DNA of 64,000 nucleotides, from positions 29,948,001 through 30,012,000 of the forward strand of contig NC_087251.1 of NCBI RefSeq assembly GCF_037042905.1, written 5' to 3'. Numbering within the stretch: position 1 is the stretch's first letter; each line of letters begins with the position of its first letter. The notes under the pieces were generated by a model. The model was not told the origin of the DNA. It saw nothing but the letters and a program-made list of their open reading frames with translations, and did not search any database. The position numbers and the translations under genes were made by a program. This DNA comes from Lytechinus pictus. Taxonomy: Eukaryota. Below, piece after piece: positions 24,440-36,735 of the stretch.

Positions 24440-27400
24440 ATGTTTGCAAATGGATTCTCAAGCATTAATCACAATCACGATCCTAACGGCTCAAGATGGA
24501 CAGGTTCTCCTCTAAAACATGGCACCTCTCTCCAAGATGTTTCCCAGTACTATTACAAGTGCAGTAATGCTAGTCAGAGCATTCTTGATAGTTCTCATCA
24601 TAGATCAAAGGGCAAGATGGTTGCAAAAGGATGTTCAAACATTTACCGTGATACACTACCTAACAGTCCAAGATGGACAGGTCTTCCTCTAACATGTGAC
24701 AACTCTCTCCAAGAAAGTTACCAGTACCATAATGAGTTGAGTAATGATAGTCTGAGCAGTCTTGTAAGTTCTCGTCAGTCACCTGATCTTGACTTCAATC
24801 GATCAGATGGAAACCATGGTTGTATCGGAGGACCAATCACCAGTGACTTCATAGGCCCGGAAGGGGGTAAACTAGAGCTCTATGGCAATGTTCTTACCAT
24901 ACCGAGAGGGGCTGTGTCAAAGAAGACCAAATTTGAGCTTGGTCTGGTCTGGAACAAATGCCTTGGGCCCTCCTTTGGGACTGACTGTCAAATGACATCC
25001 ATTCTAAGCTGTCAACCTTCTGGTGTGAGGTTCCATCGACCGGTCATACTTAGCTTACCTCACTGCCTAGAAAGGAACATGTGTAGCAGCAAACAGATGA
25101 GGCCATTACTGTACAGCAGTCATCATGTGTCTGGTGAGTTATATTACCTGTATCCTGTAGTAATCTTATTGGTTGTGGAATAATGTAATCCCCTCGATCA
25201 CTGCCTAAAATACAGATGTCAGAAGTTGTGTGCTAACCGCAGGTTGCATACATCTTGACTTGTGGGTCAAATTGTTTACTGGTACTTTGTATTAAATATT
25301 GTATTTTGATACTGTTAGCAAAACTCTGATAGGAACACAAATGAGGAAGTGAAACAGAAGAGTTGTTGGGGGTGTTGAAGTTCTAATTTGTTTTTAACTT
25401 CATTCAGTCTAAAAATGCAAAATCCAGGTGTAAAAATGTAACCAAAACGAGTTTGGCTGTTAAATTTTTTTTTTAATACTGGGTATGTGAAAAGTATAAC
25501 AAAGAAGTATGTAGTTTCATGGATGAGCATGTTCTATGTAATTTTGCATAGTATCAGATTAAATTATTTATGTTAGTTCTGGGCGATATTTGATTTTAAT
25601 GTTTGGCGATTATTGCCAACAAAATTTTGCTGATAACACAGTATATCACTGAGTTTGAAAAATTTATTATATACATTCATTATGAGCTTCAAGTCCATGA
25701 GGGCAGGGAAGGGGGAAATGATAGAAGGGCTTTCATTGGTGCTTGTCCATGAAAAACAGGTATTTGGGTACTAACTAATACAAAGTTCTGAGTTGGTTTG
25801 AAGCAACACAGAGCAGCTTTTTTGGCCAATACTAATAGTGATTGATTTTCATAATTAATATTATTTTGATCATATCGTGTAACCACAGTATATCAACATA
25901 ATTGCATAATCATAATACCTTTATCAGATATTAAATATTTCTTCAATATCCCACAATTTCGATAATGTTGAAATATTGCCCAGCAATATGTGATTTTTTT
26001 TTTCGTTGTGTAAATCACAGGTGGAAAACCTGCATGGTCAAGGTACAGACTTCCAGCCAGCGATTACTCTTTGGAGCATGATAAGATACATGTTCAGGTA
26101 TTCGACTTCTGTTACCTTGTCTGGGCGTTTGATGATGACCGTCCTGACGTGGAAGCCAAGAGGATGCGCATCGTTCCGTATGCTTCACCCATCTCTCCTG
26201 GACAGGATCAGAAGATTAGGCTTCACGTCATTGATGATTTAGAGGCAGTGAAAGAGGTAATATCAGAAATTTGGTACCTTTTCAAAAGTCAAAGCTGCCG
26301 CGTTTTTTTTTTTTTGAATCCCGCAGGCGGCTTTTTATTACCAATTCTCACACTTCATCATAGACGAAACCATGCAGGAAGGCCCTTATGAAAAGAAGCA
26401 TAGTGCCTTCATAGCAAGGTTCCTGCTATAAGATGCTGCACAGACTTTTCACAAGGTACCAGTACCTCAGTTTGGTAGTAAGTTGGTAAATTGCCACTTA
26501 GTCTACACGTGCTTTTTTCTGGGTTTTTTTTGGTCTCATCCCTCATAGTCTACTCCTAGTTCGTCTGCAACCAGTTAGTCTAAACACCATTAAATCTATA
26601 ATTGGCATTCAGCCCATTCACCACTTTGTCTAGATTCTGGATGCTCTCCGTCACCCATAGTGGAATGATTTTAATGATCAACATATTTTATGTACCTGAA
26701 TGATCTACCCAATTTCACATTTGTCATCTGATTTTCCCAGCCACTAGTGGTTTTTAAGATTTTAACAAATTTACAATCTCTATCCACTCCTCATGCATGT
26801 TGGCAATATGAATTTAAGAAATTGTAAGAACATACAAGATGTCAAGTTGTAAAAGACAAGGAGGTATGCAAGATTTTATGATTCAGATAAAATAGAAAAA
26901 ATTCTCCCTTTTTGTAAGTCTTAAAGGCAATACAAAAATATCTCAGAATATTTTACAGAATGTGAATTTACTCTATATTTTGTTTGTATTTGTAGGATAC
27001 ATAGGAAAAAAATGTTTTTGTAATGTTTAGAAAAAATTGATACTGGTATTTGGGATAATATTTCTACAATTGGATTAATATTTGATTACCTTACCTGATT
27101 TCAATTGTGCTTTTATTTTTGCAGAAAGTGAAAAAGGAAGAGGAAGAACTTGGAGGAAAACGTCTGACAAGCTATCATTCCTATGTGTTTCTAAAGAACC
27201 AAGGAAACCTGAATATGGAGATGACTTGGAACTCAGTAGGCTGGGTCCTGTGCTCTTCTCCAATGATCAATGTAAGTACATAGCGGAGATTACAATAATG
27301 ATATTGTACAACACATGATTAAGCGAACTGTTCTGTGGATCCAAACGATCAAGTCAGATACCAAAATGAAAACCTCTGAACATAATGTCCATTACATTAG

Positions 27401-30400
27401 AGAATAGATCATAATCCATCATTTTCGTCTTGCCTGCATAGCAGAGCGAGACTATAGGCGCCGCTTTTCCGACGGCGGCGTCGTCAACATTGAAATCTTA
27501 ACCAAGGTTAAAGTTTTGAAATGGCATCATAACTTAGAAAGTATATGGACCTAGTTCATGAAACTTGGACATAAGAGTAATCAAGTATTACTGAACATCC
27601 TGCCTGAGTTTCAGGTCACATGACCAAGGTCAAAGGTCATTTATGGTCAATGAACTTAGACCATGTTGGGAGAATCAATATCGAAATCTTAACCAAGGTT
27701 AAGTTTTTGAAATGTCGTCATAACTTCTAAAGTATATGGACCTAGTTCATGAAACTTGGACATAAGGGTGATAGTGTATAACTTAAGATCCTGCCTGAGT
27801 TTCAGGTCACATGACCAAGGTCAAAGGTCACTTAGGGACAACAAACTTTGACCATGTTGATGATGATGATGGGTTCTTGTATAGCGCCGGTATCCGCCTC
27901 AGCTGGGCGCTCATGGCGCTTGCTCATAAATAGGAAATATCTCACAAATTTCAATGTCTTCAAACAGTGCTTAGGATCATCATTCAGTTCAAGTACTGTC
28001 CTAGTAATGCTACAATTGAGTTATTCTTGCAAAAATGTTGGAGTGGGGAACAGAAAAGTCTTCAGGTAAGACTCAAAAGTTGATTGGGTCTCTGCTCTCC
28101 TGATGAATTGGGGAAGGGTATTGGTGGAATAATCATAACTTTAAAGTTTATAGATCTAGTTGGGGGTATTTGAGGAATTGTCATCATAACTTTGACATTT
28201 TATGGATCTAGTTCATGAAATTTAGACGTAAGAGCAATTAAGTATCCCTGAACATGTTGTGCAAGTTTCATATCACATGATGTAGGTCAAAGGTCATTTA
28301 GGGTCAACGAATTTTTGATAATGTGGGGGGGGGGGTATTGGTGGAATAATCATAACTTTAAAGTTTATAGATCTAGTTCATGAAACTTGGAACATTAGAG
28401 TAACCATGTATCCCTGAATATCTTGTGCTTGTTTCTGGTCACATGACCAAAATCAAAGGTCATTTAGGGTCAATGAACTTTGGCCGTGTTGGGGGTATTT
28501 GTTGAATTTGCATCATAACTTAGAAAGTGTATGGATCTACACATGTAGTTCATGAAACATAGACATAAGGGTAATCAAGTATAAATGGTTGTTTTGCACA
28601 TGTCTTAGGTCACATGATCATGGTCAAAGGTCATCTTGGGTCAATGGACATAGTATTCTTTTGTGAATAATTATTCAATAGCTGTTTTCAAAGTCAGCAC
28701 TGCTGCTATATCGAATTGCGTGATGCAGGCGAGACTGCCAGAGGCGTTCCACTTGTTTCCATTTCAACTGCAAAACAAGTATTTTTGTGATAATGTCACC
28801 TGTATGATGAGTGTGATTTAATCATGGACATCAATATTAATGTCTAGATAAAAAATCATAAACTCTTGATTATTCTGTCTTGGGGCACCTCCCCCCTCCT
28901 ATCCCCATCTTGTCATCTCTATCGTCCAACAAGCAATCACAATGTAAATTTGCTCAGTATGCTTCACTCCTGATAAACATTCTTGTGTCACTATCAAGAG
29001 AATTAACCTTGGCGTGTACCTTGAATATCTTGGATTTAGGCATTTAATGTTATAAACTTATCGCCTCCTATGGTATTGCAATGTCAATTTTTGAAAGCTC
29101 TTGCAAGCCTGTTTGTTGCATTGCTGCATCAGGACTTAACACCATCAAGAACAATGAGCTTTTCGGATTGCAGAATTCAACTTACAAAAACAAGTCTTTG
29201 CATGATATCACTATTAACCTGTAATGCAATGCTCACTCCTGATTTACTTTGCTGAAATAATATTCAAAGTGATGCGTGAGCCCCGTCATGGTAACTTTAG
29301 TGAATCCATAGATGTGAACACATCCTGTTCTGCTAATTTTCATATTTCAGGTGCCGTTTCGAGAGATGTGGGCTTGCGATCACAACTCCTCCGAGCTGCA
29401 GTTCAAGAACCAAGGACAGAACTCTGATTTTAAATGCAGAATTGACATTTATCAAGTGGATAATGACAGCAAGGTCACTTTGTCATTCGCCCATGATGTT
29501 CAGGTGAGGAAAGAAGCTGAACAAAATTAGAGTAAAATGGCTCATATCACAAAGTAACGACTTGTTTTATTATCCATTGTGATTGTCCTAATATACATGC
29601 ATATTTCTATTCTGACATTTCAGTGGCACTGATGCGTCCAGTGTACAAGTGAAAATCCACCCAGTTACATTGGACAAGCAAACAAAAAATGTGAAATTCA
29701 TTGATTATGCAATATGCATAAGTGCTTGAGATTAGCCTACAACACTAAAATCCACTTCCCCTTTGTACAACATGGTGCTTCCTAGGGGTTTTGAAATTGA
29801 TTATGTTTACAAAACATGATTCACTAATTTTGCTGCTTCCTTTCACCCAGAGGGATCTGTAAAAAAGTATTATAAAAAAAAATAGTCCAAAAGCAAGATA
29901 TGAAATATGTACGCTTCTGGCAGAGATTAAGATTTTTGTCTAATGCTAGGTTCACACCAACGGTGAATGCCGCACTTTAAATCAGCGAGCAAAGCGCCGT
30001 CATTTTTGTTTACTTTTCCAAAAATATCACAATCTCCAAAGTAATGTTGCGCTCTGATTCGCTCTGATACAGAATTGGTTCCCGCTTTGGGGGACAAACT
30101 ATTTCCTGACTTGTTACGATTACTCTTACGCTTTGATAAGCTTTATTACATTTTATTACGCTGTATTACTGTTTGGTGCAATTATCACGCTGTAAATCAT
30201 TTCTTTGCCATTTTTTGTGTGGGGGTGGGAGATTTTGTGTATTTTGTATTGTTTACTTAACTTTTAATCAATATCTATCGTGTATTTTTAATTCCATTTG
30301 AGAATAAAAGGCATTTCTTTTAACATATTCTCTTTTATTATTAAGAAACATGTTATCAATATGTACAAAAAGCAACAAACTTAACCCCCCAAAAATAAAA

Positions 30401-31991
30401 CACCAATATTATTACTGTTTACAAATCATACATGCAAAGTTATCAAAGTAAACATTTAATAATATCACAGCCACTGTTCATTTGGAAACACTTTGCAGTG
30501 AGTGGTACTCAAGCCGTAGCATTATTTATTGGGATTGGGACAGCGTGGCTATTGTTGGAGTGCGTGAAAGAGCGTGAGAGAATGTGAGGAAGCTTGCCAA
30601 ATGCAACAAAGCGTGTCAATACTTGATCAAAGCATCTCAATTTGTGGGAAAGCTTGAGAGCCCTTCATGAAAGTGTAACAAAGCGTGTCAGATCTTGATG
30701 AAGGCGTCTGGCCTTGTGTCAGATCTCCATGCCAGATCGTAGCAAATCTTGAGACATCTTAACGAAGTGTGTCAAGTGGTGACAGACCGTGAAGACTAGG
30801 GTCCCCGCTTTGAACCAAGCTCTGTCAAGCTTTCCTACGCTTTGAGTCAAGCTTTGTTAAGCTTTGATATGCTCTTGGCAGTTTCATCAATTCATGACAG
30901 AGCGCCCAAAATTTAAAAACAGTTTAAAATTTGTTGGCGCTCTTGCCGAATGTCCCGCTTTTACTCCAAGCTTCCCCACGATCTATCACGACCCTGACGC
31001 TTTAATCAAGCTTTGTTACGCTTTGGCGCCGCTTTGCACGGCAATTTAAAGTGCCATCAAAGCGCTGTTATTGTGAACTAGGCATTAACATAATACTCTT
31101 CCTTTTCTTTTTATACAGACTGACAGATCTGATAGATCTGAAGGTGTAGCAGTTAAAAGTAGAGTTGAGGTAACGCTTTCAATGCCAAGAGAAGAAACAA
31201 GGTCAGTCAGACCCAGCCCATTGCAGTTGCAGCTACCAAAAGTCCCACCTGCTCCAGATATTCCAAACAAATTCTTGTCTTTGACAGCATTCAATAGCAT
31301 GACATCTAGGCAGCAACACCATAGGTCTTCTCCTGCTGAGCTAGGGGCCAATCAAAGGTTTCAATTTTCATTTGGCGCAGTCAGTCTACATGGTGATCAG
31401 CAGAGTTTGGGAGTGCCTTCTATCGAGAGGGCTGATGCACTTGGAACATCAAGATCAGACCAGGTAGAGGGGTTGGATTCGGTTAGCAGAAGGGAGACTT
31501 CTCATTATGGGAAGCCATCTCGGAATAAAAAAATGGTCTCAGCCATAAACAATTTGAATTTTAAATATCCCAATACGACACCAGATCCAAATGGAAATTG
31601 TGCAGCTCTTAACCAATATTACATAGAGAACATGAGTGTACATTTACCTGAAGGAGTGGAGAATCAGTATAAATCTTGGCATGTTGAAACTGAAAATGTC
31701 ATACCCTTCCAGTTGAAAAGAAAACTGTCAGTAAAGTTGGATGATTCAGTAAGTATCGGGAATTGGATGAATCTTTCCAGTCATTGGAAATTAGATAGTT
31801 ATGATGCAACAGTACATAGAGAAAAATCACCACCATATGTAATCCTTTGCCTAGCAGAGGAAAGGAAGATTGTGAGGTCATTGGATGATTTAAGAAGTGC
31901 TCTGAAAGCGATTGAGAGAGATGATTGTGTAGATCTTGTAAATGAATATGAAGGAGTTTCTAGTTCTGCTGAGAGTGATAGTGATTTATGA
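24440..31991 (+). CDS. Cytoplasmic ZU5-UPA-death domain protein (UNC5C-like/ZUD family), ~700 aa, 5 coding exons
   Basis: Exons 24440-25133, 26021-26256, 27125-27271, 29351-29503 and 31119-31991 join in frame via GT-AG sites (2103 nt). ZU5 motif IGPEGGKLELYGNVLTIPRGAV...ILSCQPSGVRFHRPVILSLPHC. UPA-like segments KIRLHVIDDLEAVKEKVKKEEEELGG and VPFREMW...FKCRIDIYQV. C-terminal UNC5-type death domain IPFQLKRKLSVKLD...NWMNLSSHWKL...LRSALKAIERDDCVDLV. Start codon uncertain (acceptor at 24409/24410; a possible short upstream coding exon at 23736-23768). Confidence 0.85.
27422..28758 (+). mobile_element. Second Tsp/HINE-like tandem-repeat element, in intron 3 of the ZU5-DD gene
   Basis: Same 5' (GTCTTGCCTGCATAGCAGAGCGAGACTATAGGCGCCGC) and 3' (ATGCAGGCGAGACTGCCAGAGGCGTTCCACTTGTT) modules as 5175-6385. 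Confidence 0.8.
27860..28116 (-). mobile_element. L2-type LINE 3' end nested in the HINE element
   Basis: Minus strand encodes LPQFIRRAETQSTFESYLKTFLF (typical L2 ORF2 C-terminus), then a GC-rich 3' stem-loop and (CAT)n tail. Confidence 0.7.
29944..31084. mobile_element. Harbinger-like MITE in intron 4 of the ZU5-DD gene
   Basis: TAA|TGCTAGGTTCACA...GCACTTTAAAT...CAAAGCGCC / GGCGCCGCTTTG...ATTTAAAGTGC...TGTGAACTAGGCA|TTA. Confidence 0.65.
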
Positions 31992-33679
31992 ATTCAACAT
32001 AGGTTCAGTGATTTTATAGACATGGACTTTATTATCCTGGACTTTGAGAGTGCCGTTGATATCGTTCCTCCACACTCCTACAACACAAGCTAGGAAATTG
32101 AGGCATTGAAGGACCTTTACTTTTGGGGCTGTCACTCTTCCTGACAAATACACGGATGATCGTCATTGCGAATTGAGAACAATTGGCCTTAATTACAGTT
32201 GGAATCAGGAGATCCCGAAGGGACTGGCTCGACACATGTCTCTTCATCTGTCCAGGGGCCCGCTTCTCAACACCGTAATTAGTCTTAACTTCTTGATTAA
32301 ATCGGAGATAGTGAGCTAAATGTCCGCTAACCGTTTCACGAAGCCCTCTTTGCCAACATCTGGGACAACAACCTGACTAAAAAATATTTATGACACCTCC
32401 AACCCTGTCATAATTTTCGTAATGACGTAGTGGATTCACCCACAACCCCGGAACATCACGTAAGCGATTTATCAGATAACTTATCTCAGACTCCAAAGTG
32501 ATCTGTCTCAACTACAACTGTAGGTGACTACATGGGGAATCAGATTTGATGTTACAAAATCGCATAGCAATTTCTTATAATGGATTATGCACTATAATTT
32601 GTTTGTTTAGAATGCCCAGTCCAGAGCACTGATCGGAAGTCATCTTACATTGTCTACAAAATCAATGAACATGTCTTTAAGCATATATCTCCCCAAGAGA
32701 AGTCATGCTGTTCAAAGGTCTAACATTGAGCCAGATCCAGATAAACAGATTTTCAACCTCGCTAAATATTTATTTTGTCGGGTGTGGATGAGTTTTGAAC
32801 AATGACGAGCAGAGGCATGATGGCTTTGGTCCATCGTCAGTCAATTGGATCGGATTTGCCTTAGCAAGTAACCTGAGTCTGTGATCTAGTGGTTAAAGCA
32901 CTGGCGTTCTAAGCTGGGATCCCAGATTGGAGTACCACCAGGGACATTTTTTGGCCCAAAAAAAGGAAGGGTAGCTCTGAAGAACACTGCACTAGGTCAT
33001 GCAATTTTTCTCTGTTTGCATTTATTTTATGATATATATATCATAACAAAATGAAAGGTTTATTTAATAATGTGCAGCATGGTTTCAGAGCGATGAAGAG
33101 TGTAGAATAATTTTTGATTCATGTATATAGTTGCATAGGGAAATTCAGTAATCGTTTGTAATCGATTACATAAGGATTTTCTTTAAATGTAATCATATGT
33201 ATAGTATACTAGTTCCTTTGGGGAAAAATTTGACACTCACTTTGCTCATGATACAGTCTCCATGGGTGATAATTTCAGGATTTGGAATATGCCAATTATT
33301 ATTTTTTTTTTTTTACAACAAGCTAGAGATAATGATGAGGGTATGTCCCTTTGATTTGATTTTTGAGTAGTGAGGTTGAATATTTTCTTGAAGGTGGGTC
33401 TTGTGTTAATTCAAAGCCTTACCAGAGAAGTAAGAAACAGTTCAGGAGTACAGGGTTGTGTATTACTTTTCTCTTTCAGTTCATTTGGTGTAACTGTAAA
33501 GTTAGCAAGTGCTGTGTACCGATATGTCATTATGGATGATCCACCATTGTTTTACAAGTATGATATTGTGTGTATATCATCTGCAATATTCATAGTTACT
33601 TGATGGCACTGTTACATTGTAAATGTAAAATTAATATTTTTATGCTTTTTATTGTAATTTTTATAAGACTATAAAAAGT

Positions 33680-33734
33680 GGTATGTATGTATAATGTAAT
33701 ATGTATGTATGTATGTAATGTAATATGTAATATG

Positions 33735-33785
<51 letters not shown>
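33680..33785. repeat. (TATG)/(TAATATG)/(TA)n microsatellite
   Basis: Directly visible; pure TA run at ~33738-33784. Confidence 0.9.
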
Positions 33786-33787
<2 letters not shown>

Positions 33788-34494
33788 AGATATTTATTTC
33801 ATAATTCTTGTTTAGACTCTAATTCTGAAGCTTGTGTGGACTTTGAAACAATGTACATTTTGATTTGATATAATTCAACAAAGCTCAGCAATATTGTCCA
33901 AATGTTCAGACATGAACAGACAAACTATTTTTTCAATGAATTTGATTAATCCAGATTATGCTTGACATCTAGTAATATGTCATCTTGCCATAGCAATATT
34001 TTTTTCGCTTGTCATTCCACTGACTTTGTACATAAAATGTTGTTGAGCTTGTCTGCTTGAGCATTTATTGATTGAAAGAGTACTTACATGTATTTGTGAT
34101 GAGTTTCATGCTCCATTGGGAAGGATAATATTAACTTCTTTCCCCTTGAAACCTAGGTGATTTATGTATGGAAACACATTACCCTTGATTATTGCTTATT
34201 TTGTATTACTTATTTTGTGGATCAATATTGATTAAAAGTGTCAAAACTTTCCACAACAAATATAATGATCAGAATCAAGATGTGCATTAAAAAGGATTAA
34301 GCTTGAATAAGAATCTTTGAAATATTGATCACTGTTTATATCATTGACAAGCATATTTGATGAACATATATGTGCAAATATATTATAATTTTGTACAATT
34401 CATTACTATTTTAAATACTTTGCAATAAATGAAAGGTGAGATGAAAGATCTTAGAAACTGAGAATACAGTTTAAAAGGAATCAAGAATGCAGCC

Positions 34495-34670
34495 CCGGAT
34501 GGTGTTTCATAATGCTGTTAGTAAAGTTACGCACAACTTTACGAACGACTGGAACATGTTATTATACATAAGTCAGCTACATAGGGATATATCATATAGC
34601 ACAAGAAAGGGTCATCAGTAGTGCGTAACGTCATTTGTAACTTACGAACAGCTTAATGAAACGAGCCCTG
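34495..34670. mobile_element. Short Harbinger-like MITE (family also at 60559-60736)
   Basis: GTTTCATAATGCTGTTAGTAAAG ... CTTACGAACAGCTTAATGAAAC; shared internal ACTTTACGAACGACTGG. Confidence 0.55.
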
Positions 34671-35598
34671 TATTGATATTATTTCTTATTAAAAGAAATG
34701 TACTATTAACATGGCAATTAATTGTGTACCGGTACTTTAATTAAGAATAACTTTTGTATTCATTAATGAGCTCTACATTTGTAGTCCAGATAAAGTCTTT
34801 GAATTTTACACTGTAATTATGGGGATATTATTTTAATGTGAGGGTTCATCATGATGATCAATCCTTTTTGTCCTATATATTTTAGTTAATGTTTCATAGC
34901 ATTACAGTTCATAATCTTAGGATTTTATGCTCATTTCCCTTGTATAATATACCCTCCCACCTGACTTTAAGCAGCTTTTTATTCCACCAAATAATTTGAC
35001 CTTTGAATTGGATAAGTACTTATTTAAATTACAATGAATTTTTTTAATCAACAAAATTATAAGTGAATATGTGAGATATTCTTTTACCTTGTTTTAATGT
35101 TGTGAGTATTGATTTCATTTGGTGACTATTTTCCACCAATACATTTCATTTTTTTAATAATATACAAGTCAGAATGTTCCTAATTCTTTCAGGATTTATA
35201 ACCCATGTATATTTTCGTACTGTATATATTATCAAAATTGTTTAACTGTTTGTACATACCAGAGATTAAATATATATTTTGTATAACAACATTGATATGT
35301 CAACTTTATGTTTTAGTCCTGAATAAGGGGAATCCCTGTTCCCCACCCCTTCCCCCACGAAGTCACTAAGAGAGGATAAATGAGAACAAGAGTGAAGGGC
35401 ATGGGACGTAATATTATTAGTTTTAAACTACATCAGAGGAGAGAGGGCAATTTTTCATTTTCTACTCATTTGAAGTAGCAAATTATTGGTGTCTGTTATT
35501 AGAACATAAAAAGAGATAAAATTTTCTTCCCTAATTCAGCTGCTCACCAGAAGTATATGGTATACTCAGTTCATGCATGCTCTTATAAATCTAATTCT

Positions 35599-35794
35599 AG
35601 GCACGAAAGCTCAGTCGGTACTCGGTAGAGTGGGGGTTTCATATTCTGGTGACCGGGTTCGATTCCCAATTGGTGCGCTAGTGACCTTTGGTAAGGCATT
35701 TAAATCCTAATCGCCAAGTCCCTCAGCCGGTCCCTCAAAAAGGACATTTAGCCGTCGGTCCTCTGGTTGCTTTCTTATAGCAATCAGGTAAAAA
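35599..35794 (+). mobile_element. tRNA-derived SINE (same family as 21402-21599)
   Basis: AGCTCAGTCGGTA...GGTTCGATTCCC...GTGCGCTAGTGACCTTTGGTAAGGCATTT...CAGGTAAAAA. Confidence 0.8.
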
Positions 35795-36254
35795 GTCATT
35801 ACCAATTGCCATTTATCTAATAAGAGGAAAGATGAGATACATTAATTGTTCTTAATTGAATTAACTTAAATTGGAAAAATATAATAACATGTATGAATGC
35901 AGTGACTTTTCTAGGGGACAAGGGGGCACATGCCATCGGCACCACTTTAGGGGCACAAAGGGGGAAAAGAGAAAAGAACATAGCTAGGGGAAACCTGAAT
36001 ATTGCTAGTCAGAAAAAAAGCTACAAAACTAAAAAATTTGGCAGTGATGTGATATTTTTGCACTTGTCACAGGTGCTGTTGTTTTTTTCTTCTGAACTTC
36101 TTCTTTCGGACAGGTCCAGAGAGTGCTTTTCATATTATTTTTTTATTTTATTTTATTTTATTTTTTTTTTTGGGGGGGGTCAGGCAATCGCTTTTCTTGC
36201 CTCTTTTTTGCCTTTTTTTTGCCTTGTAGAAAATTAATAATGCAAACATTACCT

Positions 36255-36735
36255 GTTGCTATATCAGATGGCAATCACGTGCTGCAAATTTTCTTTTTTT
36301 GATAGCAAATTAAGTCCACCATACCGGTAGAGAATGCCGTTGTTATGAACGCCATACCGGTGACCCTCAGGCTCAGAACAGTGAGTAACTTCGACGTAGA
36401 ATGTAAGTAAATTTGATATCTATTTTTTGTGTAGCTTGGTATGATTCTGGTTGAGAAAATTTTGATTAAATTCTACCGAATTTCGAAAACCTATAGTACG
36501 CGTAGCGGCCTATTGGCATGCCATTGGCAGATTGTGAGGTTACAAGGCCGTACGAATTCCCGATCCTTTCCTTTACCGGTACCGTACGCTGCCAGATACC
36601 GTGGTTTAGCTCATGTGTTATTTGAATACACGTTGCATGGAAACGTGATATCGCGTATTCACTTGCGTGCACAAGGAATTGCAAAAATGTAGTATTGCAG
36701 TGAATCGTATACCCAGTTGTGTGTCCGGACGATCA
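36255..36735 (+). promoter_or_regulatory. Candidate FSIP1 promoter/non-coding first exon with an RFX X-box-like motif
   Basis: Locally CpG-rich segment; CACGTG at 36276; donor-like GTGAGT/GTAAGT at 36381/36403; GTTGCATGGAAAC at 36632-36644. The first coding exon begins with an acceptor (39325/39326), so an upstream exon must exist. Confidence 0.4.

Noticed and set aside
27082..27318. Supplied ORF overlapping exon 3 of the ZU5-DD gene (likewise 29224-29427 and 50325-50513)
   Set aside because: Wrong frame. Splice phases require the alternative frames KVKKEEEELGG..., VPFREMW... and TSRTLVSHDV...
31610..31650. NQYYIENMSVHL next to the death domain as a possible RHIM/amyloid motif
   Set aside because: Lacks the (I/V)Q(I/V/L)G core; the resemblance is too weak.
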